From Octopus sinensis (taxonomy: Eukaryota): a stretch of DNA of 64,000 nucleotides. The stretch is from positions 4,588,001 through 4,652,000 of the forward strand of contig NC_043011.1 of assembly GCF_006345805.1 (NCBI RefSeq). Reading direction: 5' to 3'. Under the pieces are notes generated by a model. The model was not told where the DNA came from and made no database searches. It worked only from the letters and a program-made list of their open reading frames with translations. Below are positions 12,420-26,115 of this stretch, in pieces; within the stretch, counting starts at the first letter, position 1, and the number at the start of each line of letters is the position of its first letter. Made by a program: the position numbers and the translations under genes.

Positions 12420-13720
12420 GGGTGGTTGTATTATGATGCTGTTGCTGTTGTTGTTGTTGGTGGTGGTGGTGTGGTGCAGAGGTGGGTGAGAGTAAGGGGT
12501 GAGGCAGATACTGTATGATGGTGTTGGTGGTGATAGTGGTTGCCATGGTGGTAAGAGTTGTGGAAGAGGTAAGGCAAAGGTAGCAGTGCGATGGTAGTGT
12601 TGCTATTGTGGTGGTGGTGGTAGTGGGGCGGTTGTGAGGTTAGTCGTAGTGTGTGGTGAAGGTAGTGGTAGTGATGATAGTCGTGGTGGTGGTGGTGGTG
12701 ATGGTGGTGGCAATAGTAGTGTTGGCGGTGGCGGTGGTGATGGTAGCGGTGTTGATGGACGTGGTAGTGATGATGGTGGTGGTGTTGCTGTTGTTAGTGG
12801 TGACATAGGGGGTAGTAGTAGTGGTGATAGAAGTGGTGGTATGGGAGGTAGTGACAGTAGGTGTTACTGTAGTTGCTTTGATGGTGGGAATGAGGGCGAA
12901 GTAGATAATTTATGGTGATGGTAGTGGCACTAGTGGTGGTGGTGGTGGTGAGAGTACACATGATGATGATAGTGGTGACTTAGGTCTGATAGTGTTGGCG
13001 GTGGTGGTGGCAGCGGTAGTGGTGGTGGTGCATATTCAGACAGAACGCGGCCCAGGATGGTGGCTTCTGAGAGAATCCTTTGCTGCTCCACTACAACAAA
13101 CTTGACATCTGTTTAACATCTGCAACATAGTGGAATACAGAGACCAGAGAACTTGATGGGGAGGGGGGTACTTGGAAGTGGAAAGAAGGAGGTAGGCGGT
13201 GGGGGTGGAGAGGATGAAAGAGAAAATGAAGGAAGGAAAGAAAGGAAGAAAGAAAAGCATTGGGAGAGACAAAGTGGAAAAGAAAGACAGTGAGAGAAGA
13301 AGAAGAAGGAAAGAGGGAGAGAGAGGAGTAATGATAGGAAGAGGAAATGAAAGACAAAAATAGAGAGAGAGGGGGGAGAGGGGAGTTGAAGGAAAGAGAA
13401 ATAATAAGGAAAGGAAAGAAGGATTAAAGAAAATGAAAGAAAATTAGAAGGTATGATGAAAGAAAGATGAAATGAGAGATTAGAGAGATAGATAGAGAGA
13501 GAACAAGAGAGAGTGAGAGAGGGGGAGAGAGAGGGAGAGAGAGGGGGTCGAGAGAGATTGAGAGTGACAAAATTGAAAGAAGAAAGGAAATATGACAGAA
13601 AAGCGGAACGAATCAAATGAAGAAACAATAGAAGGAAACGAGAAAAAGAAAGAGAAGGAAAAGAAAGATAGAAAAATGAAAAAAAAAAAGAAAACCGAAA
13701 GGAAGGACAACCTACCCTTC
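12420..13720. repeat. Low-complexity block: GGT/GTT/GAT mosaic, then a purine-rich (GA/GAA) tract
   Basis: Direct reading. Confidence 0.85.
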
Positions 13721-14063
13721 CTCGTCACAAATACAGCGTATATACACAAGTGTGTATATATAGAGGTGTGTATATAGATGGACATGTGTGTGTTTATTTC
13801 TTGTTCGCCACTTATCTGTTTTCTGTATTTCTTTTATAAATATTTACGTGTGTATTTCGTTGTATGGGATCATATTCGAGTGTGTCTAACATGCCTGCAT
13901 ACGTCTTGTGCGGAGTCTGTGCCGATATTCAAATGTCTGCATCTGCGTTTGCATGCCTGTACACACACACACACACACATGTATATATGCATGCATGTAT
14001 AGATACATACTTACATATGTATATACATATACACGCACACATATATCAGTACGTGTGTGTCTC

Positions 14064-14162
<99 letters not shown>

Positions 14163-14227
14163 CATACATATTTATGATATGTATGATATGTATATGTATA
14201 TATGTATTTGCATATTTATATATGTGG

Positions 14228-14280
<53 letters not shown>

Positions 14281-14819
14281 ATATGTGTGCGTGTGCGTGT
14301 ACGCATGCATGTGTGTGTTCGCGTGTATGTTAGTGGCGTGTGTGTGCATTTACATCCATATAAACATTACAGGACGTATTTAAATGAAGTGACAACATAA
14401 CCGAGAAGGAAAACCCGGTGCTAGAGTTCCATTCCTCCTCCCACCCACCCACTCACCGATACCCGTCTCTTTACCCTAACCCGACAAACTATCCAACTGC
14501 AGAACCTACCCTTAATCACTTCCAGTATTCCCCACCCTCTCTTGGCTCCCTCTCCTTACCTCTACCCGCCCACTCTTGAGCCGAATCGTAGCACCACACC
14601 ACGCCGCGTATCGCCACCGTCTCTCTGTTGGCAGTTCACACGATGGCAGTCTGTATATGCTGACTCCAACCTCTTTTTGGTTGCTTGTTTTGCGATTCTT
14701 TTTTTACTTTTGGTAAATTTCAGTAAACAGTAAGGACATTTGCAAATCATCATTTTATTGCCATTGATATTCTTGGTGTTGTTGATGTTGTTGTTGTTGT
14801 TGATATTGCCTGTTCTTAT

Positions 14820-15270
14820 GGCGGCAAACTGACAGAATCATTTGCTTGCCGAACAAAACTGCTTAGCAGCATTTCGTCCGTCTTTACGTTCTGAGATGAA
14901 ATTCTGTCGAAGACGACTTCGCTTTCCATCCTTTCAAGCTCGATAGAATAAGTATCAGTGAAGTACTGAGCTTAATGTAATCGATTTGTCCCCTCCCCTA
15001 AAAAACATTCCTGTTTCTGCGCCAAAATTTGAAACTATTATTAAAAGAAAAGAGTTAAGATGGCGGGCTGGCAGAGTCGTGATCCCGCCGGACAAAATGC
15101 ATACCGGCATTTCGTCCATCCGTCTTTACCTTCTGAGTTCGTATGCCGCCGAGGTTGACACTGACTTTGATCCTTGCAGGATTGACGAAATAAGTACTAG
15201 TTGAGCACTGGAGTCGATCTAATCTACCAGCCCCCTCCTCAAGAATTTCAAGCTTTTTGCCTATTATAAC
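14820..15270 (+). mobile_element. Two old tandem SINE-A copies
   Basis: Diverged heads (ggcggcaaactgacagaatc; ggcgggctggcagagtcg) and bodies. Confidence 0.7.
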
Positions 15271-15483
15271 GCAGGGGAACAATTTTGAACTTAATTTCTG
15301 TTGAGTTTGTTTTTTTACTTGATTTAGACTAAAACTGGCATACTGGTTTCAAAACTACAATAAATGTTTTCCTATCGAGTCAAGTATTTTTTTTTCTGCT
15401 ACTTACTCTCCGAATAAGTACAATTGTAATGTTTGTCCGTAGGAAACAAGGCTGGTCAGATGCTTTTATTATTCTATTGATAA

Positions 15484-17022
15484 CACTGGGGAACATGCTT
15501 TTTACAGTTAGTCCCACCTAATTTGATGGTATTGGGTTCAGAAATGTCCTCAGAAATTTTCTATCAAGTCAAGTATTTTGTGAAGCAGGAATTACTTTTT
15601 CATTAAAAAAATCAATTGTGCCATTAAATGCAATACTGAAATAAGAAAATAACACAAACCAAATAGTAGGTTTTTATCGTTTAACAATTATATTACAAAA
15701 AATGTTTAATTACACATCTTAGAGTAGATGTATTTCTGTCAAACTGGAGTTTCAATTATCCAAGGAGTAAACTTTCTCTTTGCTGCTTTGCGTGAATATT
15801 TTGCATCACGAGAGTCTCTTTACAGAAACCGACAGTAGTCAGCCATCATGTTTGTGTTCCAGCTGCCTTAATACCTAATCTCTATGGCCTCGATATGTTG
15901 GTGCAGTCTTTCTTGTTGCTAATCATTTATTAAGCTATGATTTTCAGGCAAATAGCCTAGATGACTAAGCAAGAAATGCACTTTTACGTTCATGTTGTAG
16001 TCCAGTACTCGAAAACTGGCTAACAGGGTCTACATAAGTTCTTCATAATTTGATGGCTTCCTGGGAATCTCCCAAGGAATCAGACAAAACTGTAGCAAAA
16101 ACAACCCATGCTTCTTTTTCAACGCCAGACATGGATGGTCTCCAAAAATTGCTTGTCCAGAAATAGCCATTAAATCTGTGACCCACCAAACATACCAAGC
16201 TTAATTTTTTCACAAGATAAAGCTGGAAATTTCAAACTTAAATATTTGAATCAGTCACTGTCTCAGAGTTTCAAAACGTTTTGCACTCTATATGGGATAC
16301 CCAGGCTTTGTCTTGATCACCCAGTTTCATGCCAAAGTAAGTAAGATAAGCTTTCTTCACAAAATCTGAGATTTTGTTTCACTGCTTAGGCAAAGTGTAG
16401 TAACACCCAAAACTATAGCAGAAGACATCATGGCTATTTTTACATTTTCTTCTCTCACAACTAGCCATATTTCTGAAATACAAAACATATTTTCAAGCCA
16501 GTTGTCTCCAAGGAAAAGCATTTTCAGAATTGTTAACAGTAATGTGGTAAGCAAATGCCGATGGTAAAGAGCATATATGCCATGAGGTTCTTCCGACAGC
16601 TCTTTGATCATGCTTCACAAAGTGTTACATTGACCCCACATGACCTCACAAAACATAAAAGGCACATTCAAAATACCACTTTTCATAAGAAATAGATAAA
16701 GGTTCAACAGAACATGTCTCACCTGTTTTGCAATGATAGTCACACTAAATGAAACAGCCTGGGCATACCTGCAGACAAATTCCTGAAAGACTATGTTTTG
16801 AAAGTTATGTTAAACTCTATACATGGGTTTGCATTTGATGAAGCTAAATCTATCCTTTGAAACGTGGAAATGTTGAAAAATGAACATTTGAGTTTGTGAA
16901 AAATCACGATGTGATAGAGAAAAATGGATTTCATTTTTGAAATCAGCATCCCCAAATTACTAAGAAACATGGTTCCAAGACCATAAAAAAAAGAAACAAA
17001 AAAAAAACTATGTCCCTCAGTG
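15484..17022 (-). mobile_element. Chapaev3-type (CMC) DNA transposon, internally deleted
   Basis: Imperfect TIRs cactggggaaca / tgtccctcagtg with TAA on both flanks. Minus strand gives AYLTYFGMKLGDQDKAW fused to FKYLSLKFPALSCEKIKLGMFGGSQI and downstream transposase remnants. Confidence 0.75.
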
Positions 17023-17059
17023 TAATGGAAAGAATCATTAAAAAAAGAGAGATAATGCG

Positions 17060-17178
17060 GAGAGCTGGTAGAATCGTTAGTACACTGGAGAAGATAATTA
17101 GCGGTTTCAGGTTCAGTCCCACTGCGCAGCACCTACACCTTGAGTGAATTTGGTTGTAGGAACTGTGCAGAAGCCTTT

Positions 17179-17215
<37 letters not shown>

Positions 17216-17420
17216 GTGTGTATTCGCGCATGCGTGCGTTTGTCTTTGTGTGTGAGTGTGTGTGTGTGTGTGTTTACGTACTCGTAACTTTGCGGTTTTG
17301 CAACAAATATCGATAAAATAAGTACCAAACTTTAAAAAATAAGTCGTGGAGTGGATTTCTTTGACCAAAAACCCTTCAAGGTGGTATCATAGCATGGCTG
17401 CAGTCCAATAATAGGAACAA
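17060..17420 (+). mobile_element. Chimeric SINE: A-type head joined to B-type body
   Basis: gagctggtagaatcgttag...ttagc|ggtttcaggttcagtcccactgcg. Confidence 0.5.
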
Positions 17421-17970
17421 ATAAAAGAAAGGAAAATATTTTGAACATCATCACCACATAACATAGGGTCTTTCACACAGAAATAGGGGAACTCTATGAC
17501 TAGCAGGAGCTTTCCTGTTGCTTAGATCTCTTCATACGTAGGTAAATTCTTGCCCTGTTATAATAAACCATGCTTGAAGTGTTACTGTATTTTTCTCTCA
17601 TTCATTCTGCTGCATTGTATATATTTTTTCTATTCTACTTGAGTACTTTTCTTTCATATTCTCCTTCCGACTATGCGGGAATTTCCGTTCATACTTATGT
17701 GTTCATCGTTGTTTTGTTTCTTTAGCGGATTTCTTTTTCCTTAATGTTCCTCTAAAATCTGTTGGTATTTGACTCAATACTTTCTTCTCCTGGAAGAAGC
17801 ATTTGCATATTTTTTAGCATTCTTATCCTTCATGCTGCTACAGTTTCTCCAAGTTTTTCTTTTGCTTTCAGTGATATATTTTTAATTACTAATTCTTTTG
17901 GTTTTTTATTTTACGCTGGTTTCCTCCTGCATCATTTCACTTAGTAAGAATAGATCTTCCTGGGTTTCTA

Positions 17971-18349
17971 TCTTTATATATAAAAGTAAGGTTGTGTATC
18001 TGTCTCCTACGATTTAGATTCCTAACTACTCCCACATTTTGCGGTGCAGTTTATTGTCGTGATTCATATCGAGCCCTTCTGGGTATTAGCGCGCGTCTAC
18101 GATGAGTCTACGATTTAAAAAAAAAATTACCATCATTTATTTCCATTTTAATGCATTTTTTTCGCTATTATATAAGGGATGTAACTCTCTAATAATGTCT
18201 ACGATGAGTCAACGATTTAAAAAAAATTTACCATCATTTTTTTTCTATTTTTAATGCATTTGTTTGCTATTTTTTGGCTATAACTCTCTAATAATGCTTA
18301 TATAGTTATTTCCCTTACAAACCCGAGCAACGCCGGGCGATACTGCTAG
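17971..18349 (+). mobile_element. Non-autonomous Helitron
   Basis: A|TC start, subterminal hairpin cccgagcaacgccggg, CTAG|T end; internal duplication of a ctacgatgagtc.acgatttaaaa block. Confidence 0.85.
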
Positions 18350-18837
18350 TATTATATATTTATGGGGTGGGAAAGCAACGAAACCGTTTTCCCTCGATGC
18401 CGACTCTGCCAACTAAACAGACCATTAAGTTTGGCTGATATTCGCGAATTTATTTCCGTTGACAGAATTTCTTGCAAGTTACGTTTATTTATTCTTTATT
18501 AGAATTGTTTGTTCGTGTATAGCTTGAGAATGTGTTTATATATTGATACATCTTTATCGATCTTGGCATATTTTCCTATTTTATTTATTGTTATAGATTT
18601 CTTTAATGTTAACTTTTGTTGATCTGTTGTAGTGTATGTGCGCGCGTGTGTGCGTGTGTGTGTGTATTTAATTCTATTTACTGTTAAGTGTGAGTTCTTG
18701 GGTGTGTTTTTGCTGTGGCTGTGTATTGGGTCGAATGCTTCCAGTGGGACTTCTATAAACCTCGTCATTATTTAAAGTTTTAGTTCATTTAACTTTGTAT
18801 ACATATTTAATGTACTATAATGTATTGCTCGCTTCTT

Positions 18838-19133
18838 GCCAGTGGTTAGGGCAGCGAACTCGCGGTCGGAGGATCGTGGTCTCGATTCCCAGACCGGGCG
18901 TTGTGTGTGTTTATTGAGCGAAAACACCTAAAAGCTCCACGAGTCTCCGGCAGGGGGTGGTTGCGACCCCTGTTGTACTCTTTCGCCACAACTTTCTCTC
19001 ACTCTCTCTACCTGTTTCTTGAGTAACGCTGCGATGGACTAGCGTCCCGTCCAGCTGGGGGGTGGGGAACACATACGCCACAGAAACCGGGAAACCGGGC
19101 CCATGAGACTGGCTAGGCTTGCAAAGGGCGACG
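18838..19133 (+). mobile_element. SINE-C
   Basis: agtggttaggg..ggtctcgattccc..gatggactagcgtcccgtccagctgggg..gggcccatgag. Confidence 0.8.
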
Positions 19134-20264
19134 TTTATCGTTTATCGTTACTTCTTGCGTGATTGGCTCTGTAGTGTCTTCCTCGCGTATTGAGGACACA
19201 TTCAACGTATGTATGATCGTTTGTATCATATAGTCTTATTTCTTATGCAGTGTCTTATGTGATGTGTATGTGGTGAGTTTTACTGTGTGTAGACGATTGT
19301 CTTGTTTTATTTTCAGCCTGCATTCTTTCTAGAAGTTGTTTTATTTCAGTTCTCAGAATCCTGTTAAATTTTTTATTATTAATTTTCGTATATTCGCAAA
19401 TGTGTTCGGGTTAATATTATTTTCCTCGCTTCTCTTCCTCGCCGTCTCTCTTCATTAACTCACACACCTCTCATTTATAATGCCTCTATGTTGGATATGG
19501 TATTGATGTATAGCAGGAATGCAACACTTCAATATTTGTCGAATGTTATCTTTTAATTATGCTTTTATTTTTATTTTGGAAAGAAGCAGTGAGAGGCCTT
19601 TTTGACAGGACACCACTTCTGAATCACGTGTCACATTGCGTTTGTTATCACAATAAACTCACGCTACGCAAATCATTGCACATCCGTACGCGGCCGGCCG
19701 TGTTTTTGCTGCAATATAACCCGGGCTAAATAAAACATTTACTCGGGGTTATATTTACCCAGGGCTGTAATTGATTTGTTTTTAAATAGCAGTGGTTTTA
19801 TCCAATGTTTTTTTCGCTTTGCGTGTCCTGAATGACTATTTCTTCCTTACATTGGTACGTATGTATAATGTTTCAATAATATATATCATATCATATCATA
19901 TCATATCATATCGTATCATATCATATCACATCATATCATGTTGTATGTGCGTGAGGGAGTGAGAGAGAAAGGGAGAGAAAGAGAGAGAGAGAGCGTATGG
20001 CTTAATGATTAAGGTATTGTACTAACGATCGCAAGATCGTGGTTTCGAATTCGGGACCTGGCTGTGTGTTGAGTTCTTGAGCAAAACACTTCGTCCCACG
20101 ACGTGTGGTACACCATGCACGTGTTCAGGTAATGTCGAATGATGGAGAGAGTGAGCAAATGTTCAGCTCAAACATTTAATCGCTATAAACAAATCATTTG
20201 TACATCTTGTTCTGCAAGAAATTGCAGAACCGTCTTTCTCGGCCTACGAGAGACTACCATCTGG

Positions 20265-20315
<51 letters not shown>

Positions 20316-20364
20316 CACAGCATGGCCACAACTCGTGAGCTGAAACTAGATAAAAAAAAAAATA

Positions 20365-20585
20365 TATATATATAAATGTGACCTCGTGTGTACCGTTGGC
20401 GATTTTTTTCCCTCTGTCTTCCCTTCTCTGGATCTTTCCTTCTCCTATGTTTCCGACGAAGAATCCGCTCGAAACGTTAAACCCTCCTTCTTCCCTTCTT
20501 TCCTGAGCGTCCAATAATACTATATTTGTTCCACGTCCTCGCGTTGTTGTGTTTTTTTGTGCTTTCTTGTTTGGATTAACTATAT
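20365..20585 (+). mobile_element. Short PLE-type solo pLTR-like element with hammerhead-like motif (20449-20482)
   Basis: gttt-CCGACGAA-gaatccgctc-GAAACGTT-aaac, followed by ttcctgagcg..taatac; (TA)n on both sides. Confidence 0.55.
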
Positions 20586-20609
20586 ATAGATACATACATA
20601 TATACATAC

Positions 20610-22078
20610 ACCCAGATCCACACTAATAACATAGGAGTGAGATTTAAGATTTCTCGGTTTTCTGTGAATCGATTTTGATAAAACTTTTCCCGGCTGGTTT
20701 GCACACTATGGCAACACTATTGTTATGTTTCCGTTATTCTGTGTAATTTCCTTTGTTTTTTTTATTTAGTTCAGTTTTTTATTTAGTTCAGTTTTTGCGG
20801 GTGAACCACGCTAATAGCTTTTGAATGAAAATAGCCCATCTAGACATTGTTTTTCAGAAAATGAAGAGTAATGATACATATAAAGCATACACTGAGTATA
20901 TATTTAACAGAAAACCATAAAAATATTATTACATTAATTGACATAATGAATTATTTAGCCACGTGATCGCCAAGGAAGAAACGATCGGATTGTGAGACCT
21001 CCAAGACTGTGACAGCTAGGGATTTAAGGAAGTTACGAGGGAAACCTGGCAAACAAGCAAAGCCATTTTCACTGCCACCGGACTTCCTCATGAACCGAAA
21101 ACCACCAGAAATCGCATCCTCAAGACCATGGCTTCCGTGAGAGAACCCTTAAAACTGCCTCCTCACAGGAGTCTGAGACTTCAATGGGCCCAAAAGTACA
21201 TGGCGTTAGACATGAGTTGTGTTCTGTTCACTGATGAAACCAGGGTGACCCTTGACGAAACTGACGGTTGGGCAAATGGTTGGGTCTATTTTGAAGATGA
21301 GCATCATCAACGTTTACGACGTCAACAACAGGGCAGAGGAGTCATTTTTGCTGACTGGTACCATTGGGGAGAGACTTGTTGGTCCAGCCAGGGTGCCTGA
21401 AGAGGTTAAAGTGACCGCAGCCGCCTACTACAATCTCCTGAAGGAGGTCTTGGATCCCTGGCTAGATGACATACTGCCGTCATCAACGCTCCCTCCCACT
21501 CTGCTAGGACCACCCAAACATTACTAGGATCTCGGCATACAAGGTAAAAGGTTGATGGTGGAGCCGCTAGCATCTCCGGATCTCAACCTTATCGAAAATC
21601 TTTGGCCCATCGTTAAACAAGATGTTTATGCCGATGGACGCCAATTTACATCGAAAGATGTTTTACGGGCGACCATCAAAACTGCAGCAGAGGCAGTCCA
21701 ACCTGTTACTATTAAGAAATTGACAGATTCCATGACTAATAGGGTTTCTGAAGTTGTTCGTCGAAATAGCGCACATGTGGCTAAATAATTCATTAGGTAA
21801 AAAAAATGTCATATTATTATGGCTTTCTATTAAGTATATACTCAATGCATGCTTAATGTGTATCATTACCCTTCATTTTCTGAAGAAAAAAAAAGTCTAG
21901 ATGGTCTATTTTCATTCAAAGCTATTAGCGTGGTTTCCCAACAAAACTGAAAAATCTGAAATAAAAAAATGAAAGGACGTTACACAGAGTTATGGAAATA
22001 ATGTTGTTGCCATAGAGTGCAAACCAGCTGGGAAAAAAATTATCAAAATCGATTCACAGAAAACCAAGAAATCTTCAA

Positions 22079-22085
<7 letters not shown>
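20610..22085 (+). mobile_element. Tc1-like transposon, decayed, with ~300-bp TIRs
   Basis: RLQWAQKYM..VLFTDE..DGW and SPDLNLIENLW motifs; 20636-20935 is an imperfect inverted copy of ~21806-22085; the right outer end is lost in (CA)n. Confidence 0.8.
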
Positions 22086-22113
<28 letters not shown>

Positions 22114-22308
22114 ACACACACACACACACACGCACGCACGCACACACGCACGCACACACGCACGCACACATAATTGCAGCGTGGAGGGTGTTTATAAGCC
22201 ATTTAAGAAACACACAAAAACCGTTAGATTCACTTCAACATTTAAATTTAATTTGCTAAAATATTTTTGTCGCTTTGATACCGCGACCTGTTCACTGACA
22301 AAATTCCA

Positions 22309-22339
<31 letters not shown>

Positions 22340-22343
<4 letters not shown>

Positions 22344-22571
22344 CGCCATGTTGGATCGTTAGCTCCTACACGCACTTTTTTTCTCTCCTTGTTTCTTTTC
22401 TGTGTATCTTTCTGTCGAAGAGCGTAGCCTCGAAACGTAAAAGACTTGTTTTATTTCTATTCCTGAGCGCCATACTAATACATTATTTGTTTGTACTCCA
22501 CCTGAATTTGTCTTTTGTTTATTTTCGTAAACCTGCCTTCGTCTTTTGTTTATTTTCGTAAACCTTCCCGT

Positions 22572-22572
<1 letters not shown>
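22340..22572 (+). mobile_element. Short PLE-type solo pLTR-like element with hammerhead-like motif (22407-22444)
   Basis: tcttt-CTGTCGAA-gagc gtag cctc-GAAACGTA-aaaga; (TA)n on both sides; internal tandem duplication of tcttttgtttattttcgtaaacct. Confidence 0.6.
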
Positions 22573-22602
<30 letters not shown>

Positions 22603-22634
22603 TCATCATCATCATCATCATCATTATTATTATC

Positions 22635-24882
22635 ATATGAAAACTCACAGCTTAGTTTGCTGGGTATGATGGAAAGTGTCAGCTGTCCACAGCCAGGAGA
22701 CTAAGGTGATACTTGTTTACTGGTCACGCTTCAAGAACTCTGCGGAGAATTCTTGCAATTCCAAGCAATGCTGATTTTTGTAGCTATTCTACCCTCACAT
22801 TTGAACCAATCTTTTTCAGCCTTGCTGGTAATTGAGTGCTTATACTTCCAAGTGCTCCAATTACTATTGGTACCACGTCTACTCTCCTCATTGACCACAA
22901 CCTTCGTATTTTCTACTTCAAATCGTCATAGTTGTTATTTTTTCTTCTTCTTTTACATTGATCCTGTTATCACCGGAGCATGCTATGTCAATTATCATAC
23001 ATGTTCTTTTTTATTCACCCCAACAATGTCCGGTTCCCGATGTCAGGCCAGGTGACCGCATTGGATCATTATATCCCACAAGATTTTGCAATTCTCATTT
23101 TCGGTGACTCCTTCTGGAGTTTGCTCATACCACGTCTTAGTAAGTCGTGATTTTCCTAGAGTTCCCAGTGAATCATTCTTGCTACATTGTCATGGCGTCG
23201 TTTGTATTCGCGTTGTGCTAAATTCGGGCATTCATTAACGATGTGCCATACAGTTTCACTCCTCTCACCACACATTCTGTATTTGTCGCTATCGGTAGTG
23301 TCGTCTATTCTGAACTTCATAGAGGTGGTCCTTAACGCTTGTTCCTGAGCTGAGCATATGAGTGCTTCTGTCTCTATCTTCTGGTCACTTCGCCTCATTT
23401 ATAGCCACCGGTCTTCTGCACCTGTTTTGGCGTTCAGTTCGCTTGAAAACTGACCGTACATTTTCTTTACCTTCCGTGCTTTTCTTTTTTTTTTGTTCAT
23501 TTCTTGTTTAAATTTTTCTTTAGTTACACAATTTTCTGTGTTTCTGACGCCGGCCTTCTTCGTGCGTTTCAACAGTGGCTCCACGGCATTTTTTATATAC
23601 TACCCGAGGCTGTTTTCCTTTGCTTTGAATACAGTTCTGGCAACTAATTAAACCTCTCTCACCCTTCTTTTGGACAAGTACAGCCTATCGGTATCATTCT
23701 TAGGTTGGAAGACTCCGTGTACTGTCAACATTTTTCTGGTCTTGGTATCCATTTTCTTCACTTCTCTTTTTGCCATTTTATAATTCCCGCTCCATACCGA
23801 AGTGATGCTATCGCCCACATATAAACTGCATAGATTTTATTTCACCCGGTCAATTTTGAGCGCAGCACCAACTTCTGTCTTCGGAAATATTCCATCCTCA
23901 GCTGCTCTTTCATTTCTTTTTCTATTATCTCATTGAACTCGCGTACACCAAGGTATTTGTATCCTCCCGTTTCAATTTGTTTAATCAAGTCTCTGTTCGG
24001 TAATTCTATGCTTGCTAGGGACCGTACCTTGCCTAGTTTTAGGTAGATTATTCTGCACTTCTTGAGTCCAAATTCCATTCTAATATCAGTACTAAAACAG
24101 TGGATCATGTTCACCAAGGAACTCACCTATGTCTCATCTTTGCCAGACAGTTTCAAATCATCCATGAAGAGAGGGTGGTTGATTGTTTGGGATTTTTCCT
24201 TTAGTTGGCACCTCAGGTACATTTTCCTAAGTACCAAGGTCAAAAAGCAACGGAGATAGGCTATCACCCTGGAAAATCTTTCTCCGGATACCCAGGGTGC
24301 CCAAGCTTCTTCGGTTTTCCATCCCACCATACTTCTCTTCAGGAAACACGTTACATTCCTCGTAATTCCAAATAGATCTAAGCACCCGATGATCCACGAA
24401 TGTGGAATCATATCATAAGCTTTGCGATAGTCTATCCAGACCTTTCCCAGATTTGTTCTCCTTCGTTTACAATATTGCATTGCCATTTTGCCTATCAATA
24501 GTTGATCTTTGGCACCTCTGCATCTCCTACAGACTTTTTGTTCCGGCGGTAATATATCGTTCTCATCAAGAAATTTATATAGTTCTTCTGCAATTCCTCC
24601 TGAGAGTAACTTCTACATTAATGAGTGGCATGGAATTGATCTGTAATTGTCAACAGTATTTTCTTTTAATGCATTCTTCGGGCACAACACCGTTCGTCCT
24701 TTTGTCAACCAGCCCGGAATTTCTTCTTCTCACTGCATTAAATTGCTCTGCGATCAATTTATGGCATCTACTGAACTTTTTTTTTAATCCCAGATCCCTG
24801 TACACCATCAGGTCCTGCCGCTTTCCAATTGCTTGTCTTTTTACTCATATCTCTGATAGTGTCTTTTGTGAAGTGGATATTA

Positions 24883-24885
<3 letters not shown>
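22635..24885 (-). mobile_element. R4/Dong-clade LINE, 5'-truncated and decayed
   Basis: [59 protein letters not shown]; bounded by (AAT/GAT)n at both ends. Confidence 0.85.
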
Positions 24886-24921
<36 letters not shown>

Positions 24922-24947
24922 TATTATCATCATTATTATTATTATTA

Positions 24948-24997
<50 letters not shown>

Positions 24998-25103
24998 GTT
25001 GTTGTTGTTATTATTGTTATTATTATTATTGTTGTTGTTATTGTTGTTATTATTATTGTTGTTGTTGTTGTTGTTGTTGTTGTTATTATTATTATCATCA
25101 TCA

Positions 25104-25160
<57 letters not shown>

Positions 25161-25167
25161 CATTATT
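24885..25167. repeat. Compound (ATT)/(GTT)/(CAT)n microsatellite
   Basis: Direct reading. Confidence 0.95.
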
Positions 25168-25709
25168 GAGTGAGAGAGCAGTGCATGCCATCAAAGTCAC
25201 CCTGGGGTAAAATATACGAAGATTAGTATACTCATAATGACTATCTGCCTGATAAGGGTACACTAGGCACATGCATCACAACCATATGTGCGCGACATGG
25301 TGATCTCATATCAAGATAAACAGCATATGAGTTTGCAGGTGGGGCCCAGTTAGAATTTTCTTTAGATCGAGTAGCCACTTCCCGCTCAAAAGGTTCCTGA
25401 ATAAGAGTTGTTTAAAGGTGTTGAATCCATGTTTCCAAAGGTGAATTAGCCAAACCCAAAAGAATTCTTCTCACCACATGGCTATGATGCTCCCTCACTA
25501 CTTCTGCTCGTGATAAGAGATGCACATATCATCAGCCACTAAGGGACATGCTCAACCAGTTACGGTCAAACAACTGACAAGCAAATCCGTGTAAGAATAT
25601 TTGCTGTAGCCCATATTTTACACCAAGACAAAACAATGTACATGATAACACTTCCAGCCAGTTAAGATCAGAAACAATGAGAGCCAATGCCTGGTACTGC
25701 ACCGGGGCA
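25168..25709. mobile_element. Unclassified ~560-bp non-coding element embedded in (ATT)n, copy 2
   Basis: Homolog of 4632-5194 with the same two termini (tgccc... and ...ctctctcactc). Confidence 0.8.
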
Positions 25710-25762
<53 letters not shown>

Positions 25763-25959
25763 GGCGTTTTTTTTTCCGGTCTTTACTTTCCGAGTTCAAA
25801 TCTCGCTTAGAATGAGTTTGCCTCTCAGTTTTTGGAGTCGGTGACATAAGTCTCACTTGTGCACTGAGGTCGATGTAATCGATTCTGTTACCTTCTTTAA
25901 AATTTCAGGCCATGTGCTCTTTTGTAGAAAAGATCATCATCATCATCATCTTTATCCTT

Positions 25960-25991
<32 letters not shown>

Positions 25992-26115
25992 CCATCACCG
26001 CTCTAGCAGTTCGTTGGTGTTGTTTATTGTTTGTTTGTTTGTATTACTGTCTATGGTTGTTGTGCTTCTCTTCATTTCAAAATTTCTCCACCTCTTTCGT
26101 TTATTTCTTCTTTTT

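Noticed and set aside
19714-19754. Imperfect 18-bp hairpin in unique sequence
   Set aside because: Three mismatches, AT-rich, single occurrence and no associated element ends.
22252-22303. Another hammerhead-like fold (stem gtcgc/gcgac) on the minus strand next to (TA)n
   Set aside because: The core reads GTGAACAG and AAAA in place of CUGANGA and GAAA, too far from the motif to call.
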